A DNA stretch of 63,834 nt, counting the filler, from Lama guanicoe (lineage: Eukaryota): assembly GCA_013239625.1 (NCBI GenBank). It is 175 parts of 175 records of this genome, joined end to end, with 100 filler letters (N's around TTAATTAATTAA, not from the genome) between each part and the next. Parts side by side here need not be neighbours in the genome. Positions count along the whole stretch, not along the records: positions 50,396 to 50,661 come from PNXV01050815.1; positions 50,762 to 51,027 come from PNXV01050816.1; positions 51,128 to 51,393 come from PNXV01050817.1; positions 51,494 to 51,759 come from PNXV01050818.1; positions 51,860 to 52,125 come from PNXV01050819.1; positions 52,226 to 52,491 come from PNXV01050820.1; positions 52,592 to 52,857 come from PNXV01050821.1; positions 52,958 to 53,223 come from PNXV01050822.1; 167 more parts are not named here. One strand, 5' to 3'. The position numbers were made by a program, and so were the translations under genes. Each line of letters opens with the position of its first letter. Within the stretch, counting starts at the first letter, position 1. The notes under the pieces are model-generated. The model was not told where the DNA came from and did not search any database. It saw only the letters and a program-made list of their open reading frames with translations. Shown here one piece after another: positions 50,296-63,568 of this stretch.

Positions 50296-51127
50296 NNNNN
50301 NNNNNNNNNNNNNNNNNNNNNNNNNNNNNNNNNNNNNNNTTAATTAATTAANNNNNNNNNNNNNNNNNNNNNNNNNNNNNNNNNNNNNNNNNNNNCTTTG
50401 AAGCTTTGAACCATCTGCACTGCATCTGGGCAGGAGTGGGGTGAGGGTGAGGCTTTCTATGGGTTGCAGCTCACGAGAGACTTCTTCCAAAACTTAAGAT
50501 CTCAGAGTCATTTGACCTTTTCTCTTACCGGTGAGTGAACTTTGACAAGTTACTTGGTCCTTATCTGAATCATCTGATGTGGGGATACAATTTGTACCTG
50601 CTTCCTAGGGCCGTGAAGTCATCCTAATGAAGTAATACATGTAAAAAGTTTAGAACAGGGCNNNNNNNNNNNNNNNNNNNNNNNNNNNNNNNNNNNNNNN
50701 NNNNNTTAATTAATTAANNNNNNNNNNNNNNNNNNNNNNNNNNNNNNNNNNNNNNNNNNNNAAGGTAGCAGATGGGCTTACTGAATGGAAGACAATGAAA
50801 ATACCTTCATGAGATGAAGAAAGTTATGAGAAACAGGTATTCAAGGTGGGGGCAGGGAGTTTGTTATATTTTATTATTTGCAAAGTCATCTAGTGTGTGC
50901 CACTTTTTTGGCACTATTTCTCAGCGCAGTCATGTGTTCATCCAGTAAATCATTTGCTAGATCATATGTGAGGGTTAGTTTGAAAAAAGTCATTAAAAAT
51001 CTTTACCAGTGAATGACTGATGTAGTTNNNNNNNNNNNNNNNNNNNNNNNNNNNNNNNNNNNNNNNNNNNNTTAATTAATTAANNNNNNNNNNNNNNNNN
51101 NNNNNNNNNNNNNNNNNNNNNNNNNNN

Positions 51128-51215
51128 ATTCAGTGGGTTTGTAGATGTAATTCTTGGTGTATTTGTGGGAGAGGGTAAACTGAGTCTCTCTACTCCTCCA
51201 TCTTGGCTCCTCCTC
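51128..51215 (-). mobile_element. LINE-1 5' UTR start
   Basis: Reverse complement gaggaggagccaagatggaggagtagagagactcag carries the L1 5'-end YY1-like aagatgg motif. Confidence 0.65.
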
Positions 51216-51493
51216 ATCTGCTTACTTTTTTGGTAGGGCTCAAAACTTGCAGTTTCTCTTGTATTATTCCTGATTTAATGTTACCACTTAAAAATATTTC
51301 ACCATTAAAAGTGATTCTGCTATGGAATTCTTTCAGATAACCTTTACCCAACTAAGAGATTGACCTTCTAGTCACAACTTACACACACACACANNNNNNN
51401 NNNNNNNNNNNNNNNNNNNNNNNNNNNNNNNNNNNNNTTAATTAATTAANNNNNNNNNNNNNNNNNNNNNNNNNNNNNNNNNNNNNNNNNNNN

Positions 51494-51759
51494 TCAACTC
51501 TCAGAATTGAGCATGTGGAGAGTGGTTCGTTCATCTACCAAGAGGAATCGGTTGCACTAGGAACACTTAGTCTGCTTTCTTGGTATATTTCCAAGTACCG
51601 GTTTGAATTTCATACAGTTTTCACTTTAAACATGAGTTGGAGCAATTTCCTCCCAATATATATGTATATAGTGTCATTTTCCACAGAAAAGAAACTGTGT
51701 TCCCAACAAGCAAGGTGATTGATGGCTTTCACACACACTTAACACACAGAATTGAGCAT
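51494..51759 (-). repeat. Satellite DNA monomer (~245 bp), copy 3, reverse orientation
   Basis: cagaattgagcat at 51502 and 51747 (period 245). The reverse complement contains ctccaactcatgtttaaagtgaaaactgtatgaaa and acatgctcaattctgagagttga, matching copies 1-2. Confidence 0.85.
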
Positions 51760-52957
51760 NNNNNNNNNNNNNNNNNNNNNNNNNNNNNNNNNNNNNNNNN
51801 NNNTTAATTAATTAANNNNNNNNNNNNNNNNNNNNNNNNNNNNNNNNNNNNNNNNNNNNGCAGTGAGCTATTAACAGGGGATCTGGGAGGAATATTAACA
51901 AGACCTACTACAATTTACAACACAGAAGTGGAAACTTATGGTCTTCCAAAGAGTTTGAGGGGCATTCCTCCAAAGCTGAGGCAGAGTGTGCTCAAAGAAA
52001 GATTAAAATAACATTAGAACATGATAAACTTCATATTCACTTTAGATTAACACTTCGAGATAAACATGAAGCGGGTACATATGATTTTTAAAGTATTATT
52101 TGGATCAGTGTTACTAATAATTCATNNNNNNNNNNNNNNNNNNNNNNNNNNNNNNNNNNNNNNNNNNNNTTAATTAATTAANNNNNNNNNNNNNNNNNNN
52201 NNNNNNNNNNNNNNNNNNNNNNNNNATTTTGATGATAAAATGTTTTCCTCTGTCTTTGGGCCAGCAAGCAAGTTATTGGAGGAGTTATTAAAAAAAAACC
52301 CGGTTTCAACCATGTGAATCCCAGTCTTGTACATCTAATTTGTTTTAATCATAGACAAAAAATATATAAATACTTCAGTTATACAGAACACAAATAAACT
52401 TTATATGGAAACATTTTTGTTCTACTAATACAAAAAATACAATTTAATCAAATTTACAGTATTCTTTATGTGTATTAAAGAAATGGGGTGTNNNNNNNNN
52501 NNNNNNNNNNNNNNNNNNNNNNNNNNNNNNNNNNNTTAATTAATTAANNNNNNNNNNNNNNNNNNNNNNNNNNNNNNNNNNNNNNNNNNNNGAAAAATAA
52601 ACATTCCAATGAGCTGTATTAAAAATATACACACTTAGAACGGTTTTCTTTTACAAAAAGAATCCCAACATTAATTGCCCCCAACTTTTCCTCTATTATC
52701 AAGTTAGTCCTTAGCATCCCAAAGAATGCTGCTGACAGAAATGAAAAAAAAAATCTCCGGATGAAATTCACTCGGAAGAAAATATTATGACATACAACTT
52801 AAAGTATTAATTCTTAATTTTGAAAAAGAAAAACATATGCTATTAAGTAAATCTGATNNNNNNNNNNNNNNNNNNNNNNNNNNNNNNNNNNNNNNNNNNN
52901 NTTAATTAATTAANNNNNNNNNNNNNNNNNNNNNNNNNNNNNNNNNNNNNNNNNNNN

Positions 52958-53223
52958 GTTTAAGAGATCTCTGGGACAACATGAAGCACTCTAACATTCG
53001 CATTATAGGGGTCCCAGGAAGAGAAGAGACAGAGAAAGCACCTGAGAAAATTTTTGGAGAGATGATCACTGAAAACTTCCCCACCTTGGGAAAGGAAACA
53101 GTCACCCAAGTCCTGCAAGCGCAGAGAGTACCACACAGATCAACCCAAAGAGGAACACATAGTCATCAAACTGCCAACAATTAAGGACAAGGAGAAAATA
53201 TTAAAATTAGCAAGAGAAAAGCA
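52958..53223 (+). mobile_element. LINE-1 ORF1 fragment (RRM region)
   Basis: LRDLWDNMKHSNIRIIGVPGREETEKAPEKIFGEMITENFPTLGKETVTQVLQAQRVPHR, an L1 ORF1p signature with a later frameshift. Confidence 0.93.
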
Positions 53224-55153
53224 NNNNNNNNNNNNNNNNNNNNNNNNNNNNNNNNNNNNNNNNNNNNTTAATTAATTAANNNNNNNNNNNNNNNNNNNNN
53301 NNNNNNNNNNNNNNNNNNNNNNNATATATATATACATATATAGCTCTACTAACTAATTAAGCTAATATTGGAAAGCAAGTTTTATATATGTGGGCTAAGG
53401 GACCTCTTAATAGTGACTATCATTATAGAAAGATTCACTTATTAAATCAAAAGAAGTACTGAGCTCCTGTGTGTGGGGCAGGCTCTTTTCACCAGATGAC
53501 ATAGGACAGAACAGGGTACATATTCTCTACAGGCATTTACCTCCTGAAGAGAAAGATAGGAGGAGTTAGAGGAGTTTCTTACGACAAAGNNNNNNNNNNN
53601 NNNNNNNNNNNNNNNNNNNNNNNNNNNNNNNNNTTAATTAATTAANNNNNNNNNNNNNNNNNNNNNNNNNNNNNNNNNNNNNNNNNNNNGTTTGGCCTGG
53701 CACACCAGGTGGCACTGATTTAAAGACACCACGTCCAATGTGCCTGTCCGGGAAAAGTCACTGCCCCAGCTCGCTGTCCCACTGAGGACCACACAGGCCT
53801 GGGACAGCCAAGTCCCTGCTCATAAGCCCCACGCAGTGTGCCAGCGTCGGACGGCATGATTGACGCCTCCCAAAGTCCAGTCCTGGAGTCAGTGAGCTGC
53901 GCCACGACCTTGGACAAGCCACCTGACCTCACTACAGCTCCATCACCCACGTGAGNNNNNNNNNNNNNNNNNNNNNNNNNNNNNNNNNNNNNNNNNNNNT
54001 TAATTAATTAANNNNNNNNNNNNNNNNNNNNNNNNNNNNNNNNNNNNNNNNNNNNGATGTGCAGCATCATCTTTAAACATCACACAGGAGCAACGGCTGC
54101 CCAGGGATTGTCCACGGAGGAATTTGGTTCATTCGCTGTTACTCTTCATTACAGGCCCCAGACTTTATTTGCTAACTTGCAGATTTCTTCCAGTTGAGAT
54201 GCAAATAATTTCTGTCTGGTGGAGCAGATAACCACAATGATTGATGGCCTGTGAGATACTAACCAGTGTGTGACTAACTAATCAGTCTCTCTGCCACCTT
54301 AACATTCCTTTGATAAACTGCNNNNNNNNNNNNNNNNNNNNNNNNNNNNNNNNNNNNNNNNNNNNTTAATTAATTAANNNNNNNNNNNNNNNNNNNNNNN
54401 NNNNNNNNNNNNNNNNNNNNNGTGGACTGTATTCATGTGACATTCTGTAATTTAGGAAGCAAACTGTGATGTTAATTATGACCTACAATGCTTAAATAAA
54501 ATTGTAGAAACATAAGAAAGAACAATCTTAAAGTATATAATATATATCTATAATATAATATAGAACCATGGATATATTATTTTATATTTAATACACGCAT
54601 ATACAGTTATGTAAATATATATACCTATATTTCCATGTATTATTTTAATGCACTATTTGCAAATTGTAGGTTCATGTTATTCCCGGGNNNNNNNNNNNNN
54701 NNNNNNNNNNNNNNNNNNNNNNNNNNNNNNNTTAATTAATTAANNNNNNNNNNNNNNNNNNNNNNNNNNNNNNNNNNNNNNNNNNNNCAGGAACGAGGCT
54801 CCCAAACTGGGGAGGTGAGGCTGAGCCGTGGCCAGGCGGGCGGGTGGGATGCTCTGCGCAGAGAGAAGAGAAAGGAGACAGAGGCAGCAGGGACGGGGTA
54901 CCCTGGCACCCGGGCTGGAGTGAGCCTTCCTGTCAGCCGTGGATGGTGCTGGTGTGGGCCACCTGCCCCTCTGCAGGGATGATGGGGTCACCCGAGGGTG
55001 GGTGTTGTAATACGTAGCAGAACAGAAGGGTGCCAGGCAGCCCGCGTCCCACTNNNNNNNNNNNNNNNNNNNNNNNNNNNNNNNNNNNNNNNNNNNNTTA
55101 ATTAATTAANNNNNNNNNNNNNNNNNNNNNNNNNNNNNNNNNNNNNNNNNNNN

Positions 55154-55419
55154 ATGTATATCCTTTTTTGGGGGGGTGTAATGCTCTGAAAATATCCACC
55201 AAGTCTCATTTCTGTATCGTATTATTTAATTTCTCTTTTGCCTTATTTATGTTCTGTCTGGAAGATCAGTCTAGTGATGTTAGTGCAGTGTTGGAATCTC
55301 CAACTGTTTTTGTATTCCCATCAATTTCCCCCTTTATCTCTGTTAGCAATTGTTCTATCTATTTAAGTGATCCTATATTGGGTGCATATATATTAACGAG
55401 TGTAATACCCTCATCTTGT
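55154..55419 (-). mobile_element. LINE-1 ORF2 endonuclease fragment (relatively intact)
   Basis: Antisense encodes QDEGITLVNIYAPNIGSLK*IEQLLTEIKGEIDGNTKTVGDSNTALTSLD*SSRQNINK. Confidence 0.9.
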
Positions 55420-55549
55420 NNNNNNNNNNNNNNNNNNNNNNNNNNNNNNNNNNNNNNNNNNNNTTAATTAATTAANNNNNNNNNNNNNNNNNNNNNNNNN
55501 NNNNNNNNNNNNNNNNNNNCACTCTGCCCCTCATAGTAGCAGGACACTG

Positions 55550-55660
55550 GGGACTTTTCTACCTCGGTTTCCCCAGCTGTAAAATGCAGCTCAAATCCGC
55601 TCGTGAATGATGTGCCACATAGTAGGTGCTCTAAACCGGATGTGCCACATAGTAGGTGCT
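55550..55660. mobile_element. MIR remnant with local 22-nt duplication
   Basis: cctcggtttccccagctgtaaaatg core; gatgtgccacatagtaggtgct at 55609-55630 and 55639-55660. Confidence 0.6.
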
Positions 55661-58600
55661 GTAGGATGGGCGTCCTTGCTACGACTCAATCAGCAATGTG
55701 TGCAGGAGGACGAGTAAAGGAAATGACAGTCACCCACACACACGGAATGTGTTCCTCCCTCCCGTCCTTGCAAGAAGGCATCTCANNNNNNNNNNNNNNN
55801 NNNNNNNNNNNNNNNNNNNNNNNNNNNNNTTAATTAATTAANNNNNNNNNNNNNNNNNNNNNNNNNNNNNNNNNNNNNNNNNNNNAATGATTGTCTTAGC
55901 GAAAATTCATGTTTAAAATATACCTCATTATGTCGACAGGATGCTGGCTTCTGATTATACACTGCAGCTGGATTGCCTCCATTCTATCTCTTATGAGATA
56001 TTTTTCCAACTCATTTTTGATTATATGAGTTGTACTGTTTCTTATTCAACTAAGCAATGGTCATTCATTAAGCTAGTAATCATTGAAATCTGTGCCTAAA
56101 ACTTCCAATTATATTCCAGGTAGAAACAAATTGTTCCTTGATGGTAATGCANNNNNNNNNNNNNNNNNNNNNNNNNNNNNNNNNNNNNNNNNNNNTTAAT
56201 TAATTAANNNNNNNNNNNNNNNNNNNNNNNNNNNNNNNNNNNNNNNNNNNNCATATTAGTTGTCCTCTTATTTGAGTAAAGTTTTTTCCTATTAATGCTT
56301 AACTTTTTTCTAGTGTGTTCTAGTCTTCAAAACACTCCTTTTATGCACGTTAGCTATCCTTACTCCATCTTTGCTAACAATCACCTTTTCAAATGCTTTA
56401 ACTTGTTTGGCAGAGTCAAATTTACAAGATATTTCTACCGTTTTCCTTTCTTGAAGAGTATCCGAGGGCATTCCTTTCTTTCTGGTAAGGATGTGAAAAA
56501 CACCCTCCTTTCCTGTGNNNNNNNNNNNNNNNNNNNNNNNNNNNNNNNNNNNNNNNNNNNNTTAATTAATTAANNNNNNNNNNNNNNNNNNNNNNNNNNN
56601 NNNNNNNNNNNNNNNNNTCTTAGGCTGTGATCATTTCCTGGATTGGGATGTAAGTGTATGAGGTAGGTAGATAAGTGGGGGCACTGAGCAGATAGGAGGA
56701 GGAGAGGGAGGATGGTCCAGAAGATGGTGCCATGTCTGCCTCCAGCATGAAGGGACTTTACTTCTTCTAAATGAGTGCCAGCAAAACCAAACAAACAAAC
56801 AAAAAACTGGTTAAAATCCTACAGACACGACTGTGTGGTAGCAGAAAGGACTTAACCAGACATGGCGAATATTCATTGTATTANNNNNNNNNNNNNNNNN
56901 NNNNNNNNNNNNNNNNNNNNNNNNNNNTTAATTAATTAANNNNNNNNNNNNNNNNNNNNNNNNNNNNNNNNNNNNNNNNNNNNAAATAACTGGGGAAAAG
57001 AAAACCTACTTACCTTCTTATTAATGAGCAACAAGCAGGGGATGATTCGTGCAGGAACTGGTGTTGACTGGGTGGCATTCACAGGAAACTTGACTGTGCT
57101 CTGAGAAACAGTCTCAGGCATTGCCATTTGATCAGCCAGCCTTGTGATATTGGCTCACAGTGTTTTTACAAAATCTTCATCAAGCCAATAATAACATTTT
57201 TTGAACTCCAGAAATGTGAATTCTGCTTTGCTACATTTCTGGCTAAAAANNNNNNNNNNNNNNNNNNNNNNNNNNNNNNNNNNNNNNNNNNNNTTAATTA
57301 ATTAANNNNNNNNNNNNNNNNNNNNNNNNNNNNNNNNNNNNNNNNNNNNGGTTACATTGTTTTTGTTGTATTCTTAAATGTTTTAAAGTTTTTAAAATTT
57401 TGTTTTATGTATGCATTGTTCCTGTGTCAGTACAATATATAATTATTGTGAAGCACTTAGGACACTGGTTATATGCAGTTTCACAGTTTAGTCTAAATTC
57501 AGGAACACCATTTGTTGACTACTGTGTGCTTGTTACTGGAAATAACCCTCAAGGATGTTATATGGGGCCTTGAATTGCCAAATGTATCATCCTCTTAGAC
57601 TTTCTTACTTATAGCNNNNNNNNNNNNNNNNNNNNNNNNNNNNNNNNNNNNNNNNNNNNTTAATTAATTAANNNNNNNNNNNNNNNNNNNNNNNNNNNNN
57701 NNNNNNNNNNNNNNNTTTTCTTCCAGTATGAAAGGTTCTTGGGGACAAAATCTTTGGCCTATTCTTCTTTGTAACACCAGCACTTAGTGAAGTGCAGACA
57801 CATAGTGCACATGGCATTCAGTGAGTGTTTTCCAATAAATTCATTCATTTTTATCTACTGTGATTCCACAATTCTTTCTCTCCTGGCTCGCCTACATAAC
57901 CATAAGGAAACTTAGATTCTAAAAGAGACTCTCGGTGTTATAAAATGTTTAGGAAAGGTCATGAGTTTAAGACATGGTACCNNNNNNNNNNNNNNNNNNN
58001 NNNNNNNNNNNNNNNNNNNNNNNNNTTAATTAATTAANNNNNNNNNNNNNNNNNNNNNNNNNNNNNNNNNNNNNNNNNNNNAGAACAGCCCGTGCACTCA
58101 GTTCCTAAGCACAGCAGAGCTATGAAAAGCTCCCTTAGGAGATGCAGTGCCTCTCCATGTGGCACAAAGCCCTCGTGAGCACTTGGAGTGAGCACGCTGG
58201 AAATTCAGGGAAAACTTCCACTCTGAGGGGCGATCTGCATGAGGATACAAGGCATGACCATCACATACCTACCAATCTTCCTGCCAATTAATTCTCACGC
58301 AAAAGCAAAACACATCAAGAACCTCCACTTTGGAAACACATTTCTCCNNNNNNNNNNNNNNNNNNNNNNNNNNNNNNNNNNNNNNNNNNNNTTAATTAAT
58401 TAANNNNNNNNNNNNNNNNNNNNNNNNNNNNNNNNNNNNNNNNNNNNTGTCTGTATGTTCTGGCAGACGACCATGCTGGAGAGGAAATCTGACCTTCAGC
58501 TTCCTACTGCATTACGGATAATTCGGTTTTAACGTTGTAGTCGCAGATGCTCCAGCTGCAGATGTAAAACCCCGGCCCAGTCGGGGCCGTCCGACTGCTG

Positions 58601-60277
58601 GGAACACACACCCTCTGCGTCGTCCGGAGTTAAGGGTCTGCAGGCTGCTGGAGGTGGGAGGCCAATGGGCACACGGACCACGGGGTGCAGTGGTGTGGAG
58701 TTCAGGGGCGTCTNNNNNNNNNNNNNNNNNNNNNNNNNNNNNNNNNNNNNNNNNNNNTTAATTAATTAANNNNNNNNNNNNNNNNNNNNNNNNNNNNNNN
58801 NNNNNNNNNNNNNCTGTTCCCTTAATGTACCCTTTTTCTACCATTTTTTAAAAATCTTTTTTTTGTTTTGATGGCATTTTGGTAGAGAAAGAACCAAATA
58901 TTTTTGTTCCATGATAATCAGTAGTGCTCTTTATACCAGAATAAAAATAGGAAATAGTACTTTTCCATCTCTTTTGCCCCTTTTTGGAAAAAAGTCAGGG
59001 CTCTGATTTTCAATGGGTACATTCTTCTGCACTGGCCCGCCACCCTGAGTGCTCAACAAAGACAAAACTACCCTTGAACNNNNNNNNNNNNNNNNNNNNN
59101 NNNNNNNNNNNNNNNNNNNNNNNTTAATTAATTAANNNNNNNNNNNNNNNNNNNNNNNNNNNNNNNNNNNNNNNNNNNNCTGTTCTGAGGTGATTCCTCA
59201 TTGTAGTGTCCCTGAGTTTTTTCATCTTAATTTTTTTATTTCTTAATTTTACCAGAAACAACCAAAAAGTCATAAAATTCAAGGGTTTTTTGTTTTTTTA
59301 AGTTGAGATATAATTGACATATACCACTATATAAGTTCCAGGTGTACAATAGGGTGGGTCAATATCTGTGTGCACTGGAAAACGGTCACCATGGTTAAGT
59401 CTAGTTCACATCCCTCCCCACACACAAGTACACATGTTTTTTCAGNNNNNNNNNNNNNNNNNNNNNNNNNNNNNNNNNNNNNNNNNNNNTTAATTAATTA
59501 ANNNNNNNNNNNNNNNNNNNNNNNNNNNNNNNNNNNNNNNNNNNNATGTAATGCAACAAAAATAATCTAAAGTGAAACTTCTGAAATTCAAATAAATATT
59601 TTCTCTCTGGGAGAAATAGTCTTTCTAAGAGATATCTGTAACATTGAAATATAATAAGAACTATTGAGATATTAATGACATACTTTTAAGTTATATGATA
59701 CTAACCAGTGACAACTCATAAATTTTCTCCTTTCTGTAAAAGGTGGTGACCTAGATTTTTAAAATCCCTCTCATGGCCTTCCTATAACTTCCAAATTTTT
59801 GTTTTTTTATANNNNNNNNNNNNNNNNNNNNNNNNNNNNNNNNNNNNNNNNNNNNTTAATTAATTAANNNNNNNNNNNNNNNNNNNNNNNNNNNNNNNNN
59901 NNNNNNNNNNNGAGACTTGGGCAGGTTAAATGCTGATAAGGAGCCATTCCCCACCCACTGGCAGATCTCTCAGCCGGTACATTCTCACAGCTGTGGTAGA
60001 AGCTGTGCCTCTCAAACTCACTCTCAGTAAGTGTCACTGATAGTAGAGGTAAGTGAATACCTCCTCCCAGCAGGACACTGGTGTGGCTGAGCGTTCACAA
60101 GGTCATTTCAGGTCCTGCAAGAATCCTTATTTATTGTGACCATAAGCATCACAGAAGACATAGAGCCAAGTGTCCAGNNNNNNNNNNNNNNNNNNNNNNN
60201 NNNNNNNNNNNNNNNNNNNNNTTAATTAATTAANNNNNNNNNNNNNNNNNNNNNNNNNNNNNNNNNNNNNNNNNNNN

Positions 60278-60543
60278 GGTAGTTCTATTTTTAGTTTTTG
60301 AGGAACCTCCATACTATTTTCAAAGTGATTGCACCAATTTATATTTCCACTAACAGTGTACAAGGGCTCACTTTTCTCGACATCCTCATTAGCATTTGTT
60401 ACTTACAGATTTTTTTTGATGATACCCATTCTGACAGGTGTGAAGTGATATCTCATTGTTATTTTGATATGTATTTTTCTGATGACTAAGGATATTGAGC
60501 ACCTTTTCATGTGTCTGTTGGCCATCTGTATGCCTTTTTTGAA
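60278..60543 (-). mobile_element. LINE-1 ORF2 C-terminal fragment
   Basis: ggtagttctatttttagtttttgaggaacctccatact...ccattctgacaggtgtgaagtgatatctcattg...gttggccatctgtatg. Confidence 0.9.
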
Positions 60544-61009
60544 NNNNNNNNNNNNNNNNNNNNNNNNNNNNNNNNNNNNNNNNNNNNTTAATTAATTAAN
60601 NNNNNNNNNNNNNNNNNNNNNNNNNNNNNNNNNNNNNNNNNNNTGCGACCAGAAATGAGTTCTTAGCCCCTCCTGATCAGCAAAAGAGGGGAGGGGAGTA
60701 ACACGACCTACGTCTTCAGTTTTTTAAGTAAGATTACGGGTATGGGAAGCCTCTGCTACGATGTCTTAAACACCATAAAACACTCCAAATAGCTCAGCTA
60801 TTATTATTGCTATAATAACAGGATGGAGGGAAATCAGTCTCGAAGATGTATCTTCTGCCGTTTCCACTAGAAAAAGAGAGAGAGGCAGAGGCCGAGCTGA
60901 GTGTAGGAANNNNNNNNNNNNNNNNNNNNNNNNNNNNNNNNNNNNNNNNNNNNTTAATTAATTAANNNNNNNNNNNNNNNNNNNNNNNNNNNNNNNNNNN
61001 NNNNNNNNN

Positions 61010-61275
61010 AATGGAAATGTAATATGTATACAGTAATTTGCTTTTTTTCACCCACTCAACATTGTGTTTTTGAGATCAATCCATCCTGATATGTGTAGCT
61101 GAATTATTTCATTTCACTACAACCCATTATGTGAATACACAAAATCCATGGTGCGAATTATTCAAATTCAATTGCATACATTTCATTGTATGAATATACC
61201 ACAGTTTATTTGTCCATTTTACGGTCGCTGAACATTTGAGCTGTTTCTAGTTTTCCTTTTAGAGCAAGGCAACTA
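61010..61275 (-). mobile_element. Old LINE-1 (L1ME-type) 3' UTR fragment
   Basis: cactcaacattgtgtttttgagatcaatccat...ttcattgtatgaatataccacagtttatttgtccatt. Confidence 0.7.
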
Positions 61276-61375
61276 NNNNNNNNNNNNNNNNNNNNNNNNN
61301 NNNNNNNNNNNNNNNNNNNTTAATTAATTAANNNNNNNNNNNNNNNNNNNNNNNNNNNNNNNNNNNNNNNNNNNN

Positions 61376-61540
61376 CTTGATAATTGATAATCCTGAGGCC
61401 TTCACATTTGTTCTTTTTTCTTTCAAGATTGCTTTGACTATTCTCAATCCTTTGCTTTTCCACAAAAATTTTAGAATCGGTTTGTCAACTTCCACAAGAA
61501 AGCCCATTGGGATTCTGACTGTCACTGCATTGAAGCTGTA
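61376..61540 (-). mobile_element. LINE-1 ORF2 fragment
   Basis: ORF RIPMGFLVEVDKPILKFLWKSKGLRIVKAILKEK resembles L1 ORF2 IPxxFFxELEKxILKFIWxxKxPRIAKxILxKK. Confidence 0.85.
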
Positions 61541-62839
61541 GAAAATGTTAATAGCTTGACCCTCATAAGAGAGATGAACAAATGGAAGCTCAGAGAGCCA
61601 TGGAGTTTAGAATATGAGAGCTGGAGAAAGACACTGGATACNNNNNNNNNNNNNNNNNNNNNNNNNNNNNNNNNNNNNNNNNNNNTTAATTAATTAANNN
61701 NNNNNNNNNNNNNNNNNNNNNNNNNNNNNNNNNNNNNNNNNAGCCTGCACAAGGTCACAGGGCCACTGAGGGGCAGAGCAGGGACCCACACACAGCCCCA
61801 CTGCATTCACAGGTGTCCGCCCTCATGCATTTAACTCCCAGGTGCGGCGGGGCTTCCCGTCCTGCTTGGGCCAGTCCTCGGACGCTGTCCATGAAGACCA
61901 GCCCGACAGCAGCTTCAGACCTTTCCGACTGTGCCCGGCACTAGGCTTAGTGCCCCCGGTCCTCAGAGTCCCAGGCTCTCCCCTGGGTCCTGCCCACGCT
62001 GCCTCTCNNNNNNNNNNNNNNNNNNNNNNNNNNNNNNNNNNNNNNNNNNNNTTAATTAATTAANNNNNNNNNNNNNNNNNNNNNNNNNNNNNNNNNNNNN
62101 NNNNNNNTCTAATCGTTAATTCTCTCTAATCTTTCTGTTGTCTGCTCATATCCATGCCTCTTAGAAAACATTTTGTGGCTAAGATGGTCAAGGTCCCCCC
62201 CTCCTGCCCCCAGCTCACAGAACTTCAAGGGGACTGAGGTACCTCCGACAGTACTTGGTACACTGTCACACCAACTGCTATAATGACCACTTTCTATTTG
62301 CTCAGACTCTCTACTCAGAAAATCTGAAAATATAATACATAAATGCATTTACGAGGGAACCGAAAAGAATTTGNNNNNNNNNNNNNNNNNNNNNNNNNNN
62401 NNNNNNNNNNNNNNNNNTTAATTAATTAANNNNNNNNNNNNNNNNNNNNNNNNNNNNNNNNNNNNNNNNNNNNGGATGGACAGATCCATTCTTGAGGCAT
62501 GAAGACACTCTTCATCATTCTTGTTTTCTTCCACCTTCATTATAATTTCTACCACATAATTTCCTCTGTCATCAAGAGAGCTTAGGAAGATTGTATTGTT
62601 GTATTACCATTAATAATTGAGAATGATTATACTTTTATTATATTGCTATTGTTGTAAAGCACTTTCTCTTCATCCAACTCCGTTTGCTCGTCACCAAGGT
62701 CACTGGGCTGGAGGGTCTCAATTAGGATTATAAGCCTGCNNNNNNNNNNNNNNNNNNNNNNNNNNNNNNNNNNNNNNNNNNNNTTAATTAATTAANNNNN
62801 NNNNNNNNNNNNNNNNNNNNNNNNNNNNNNNNNNNNNNN

Positions 62840-63045
62840 TCTGTGTCTATGTGTGTGTCTGTGTGTGTGTGTCAGGGTGTGTGTGTGTCAGTGTCTGCGT
62901 ATGTGTCTGAGTATGTGTGTGTGTGTCAGTGTGTATGTCTGTGTGTGTGTGTCTGTGTGTGTGTGTTGGTGTGTGTGTGTGTCTGTGCGTATGTGTGTGT
63001 GTGTGTGTGTGTGTGTCTGTGTGTATGTCAGTGTGTGTGTGTGTG
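62840..63045. repeat. Imperfect (TG)n/(CA)n microsatellite
   Basis: About 200 nt of TG repeats with TC/TA/CA interruptions. Confidence 0.95.
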
Positions 63046-63204
63046 CACGCACCCTCAGGCACGTCAGAGACTCCCACGCCTGAGCCTCATCTTTGCGAGG
63101 GTTTNNNNNNNNNNNNNNNNNNNNNNNNNNNNNNNNNNNNNNNNNNNNTTAATTAATTAANNNNNNNNNNNNNNNNNNNNNNNNNNNNNNNNNNNNNNNN
63201 NNNN

Positions 63205-63468
63205 AGAGTTTTCTTTGGATACATGCCCAGGAGTAGGATTACTGGGTCTTGTAGTAACTCTATTTTTAGTTTTTTTAAGGAACCTCCACACTGTCCTCCA
63301 TAATGGCTGCACCAGTTTACATTCCCACCAACAGTATAGGAGGATTCCACCCTCTTCAGCATTCATTATTTATAGATTTTTTTCAAATGATGGTCATTCT
63401 GACCGGTGTGAGGTGACAGCTCATTGTAGTTTTGATTTGCATTTCTCTGATAATTAGTGATGTTGAGC
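63205..63468 (-). mobile_element. LINE-1 ORF2 C-terminal (CCHC region) fragment
   Basis: ORF LYCWWECKLVQPLWRTVWRFLKK is the L1 ORF2 C-terminal signature. Confidence 0.93.
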
Positions 63469-63568
63469 NNNNNNNNNNNNNNNNNNNNNNNNNNNNNNNN
63501 NNNNNNNNNNNNTTAATTAATTAANNNNNNNNNNNNNNNNNNNNNNNNNNNNNNNNNNNNNNNNNNNN

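Noticed and set aside
62843..63160. Cys/Val- and His/Thr-rich ORFs
   Set aside because: Translations of a (TG)n microsatellite.
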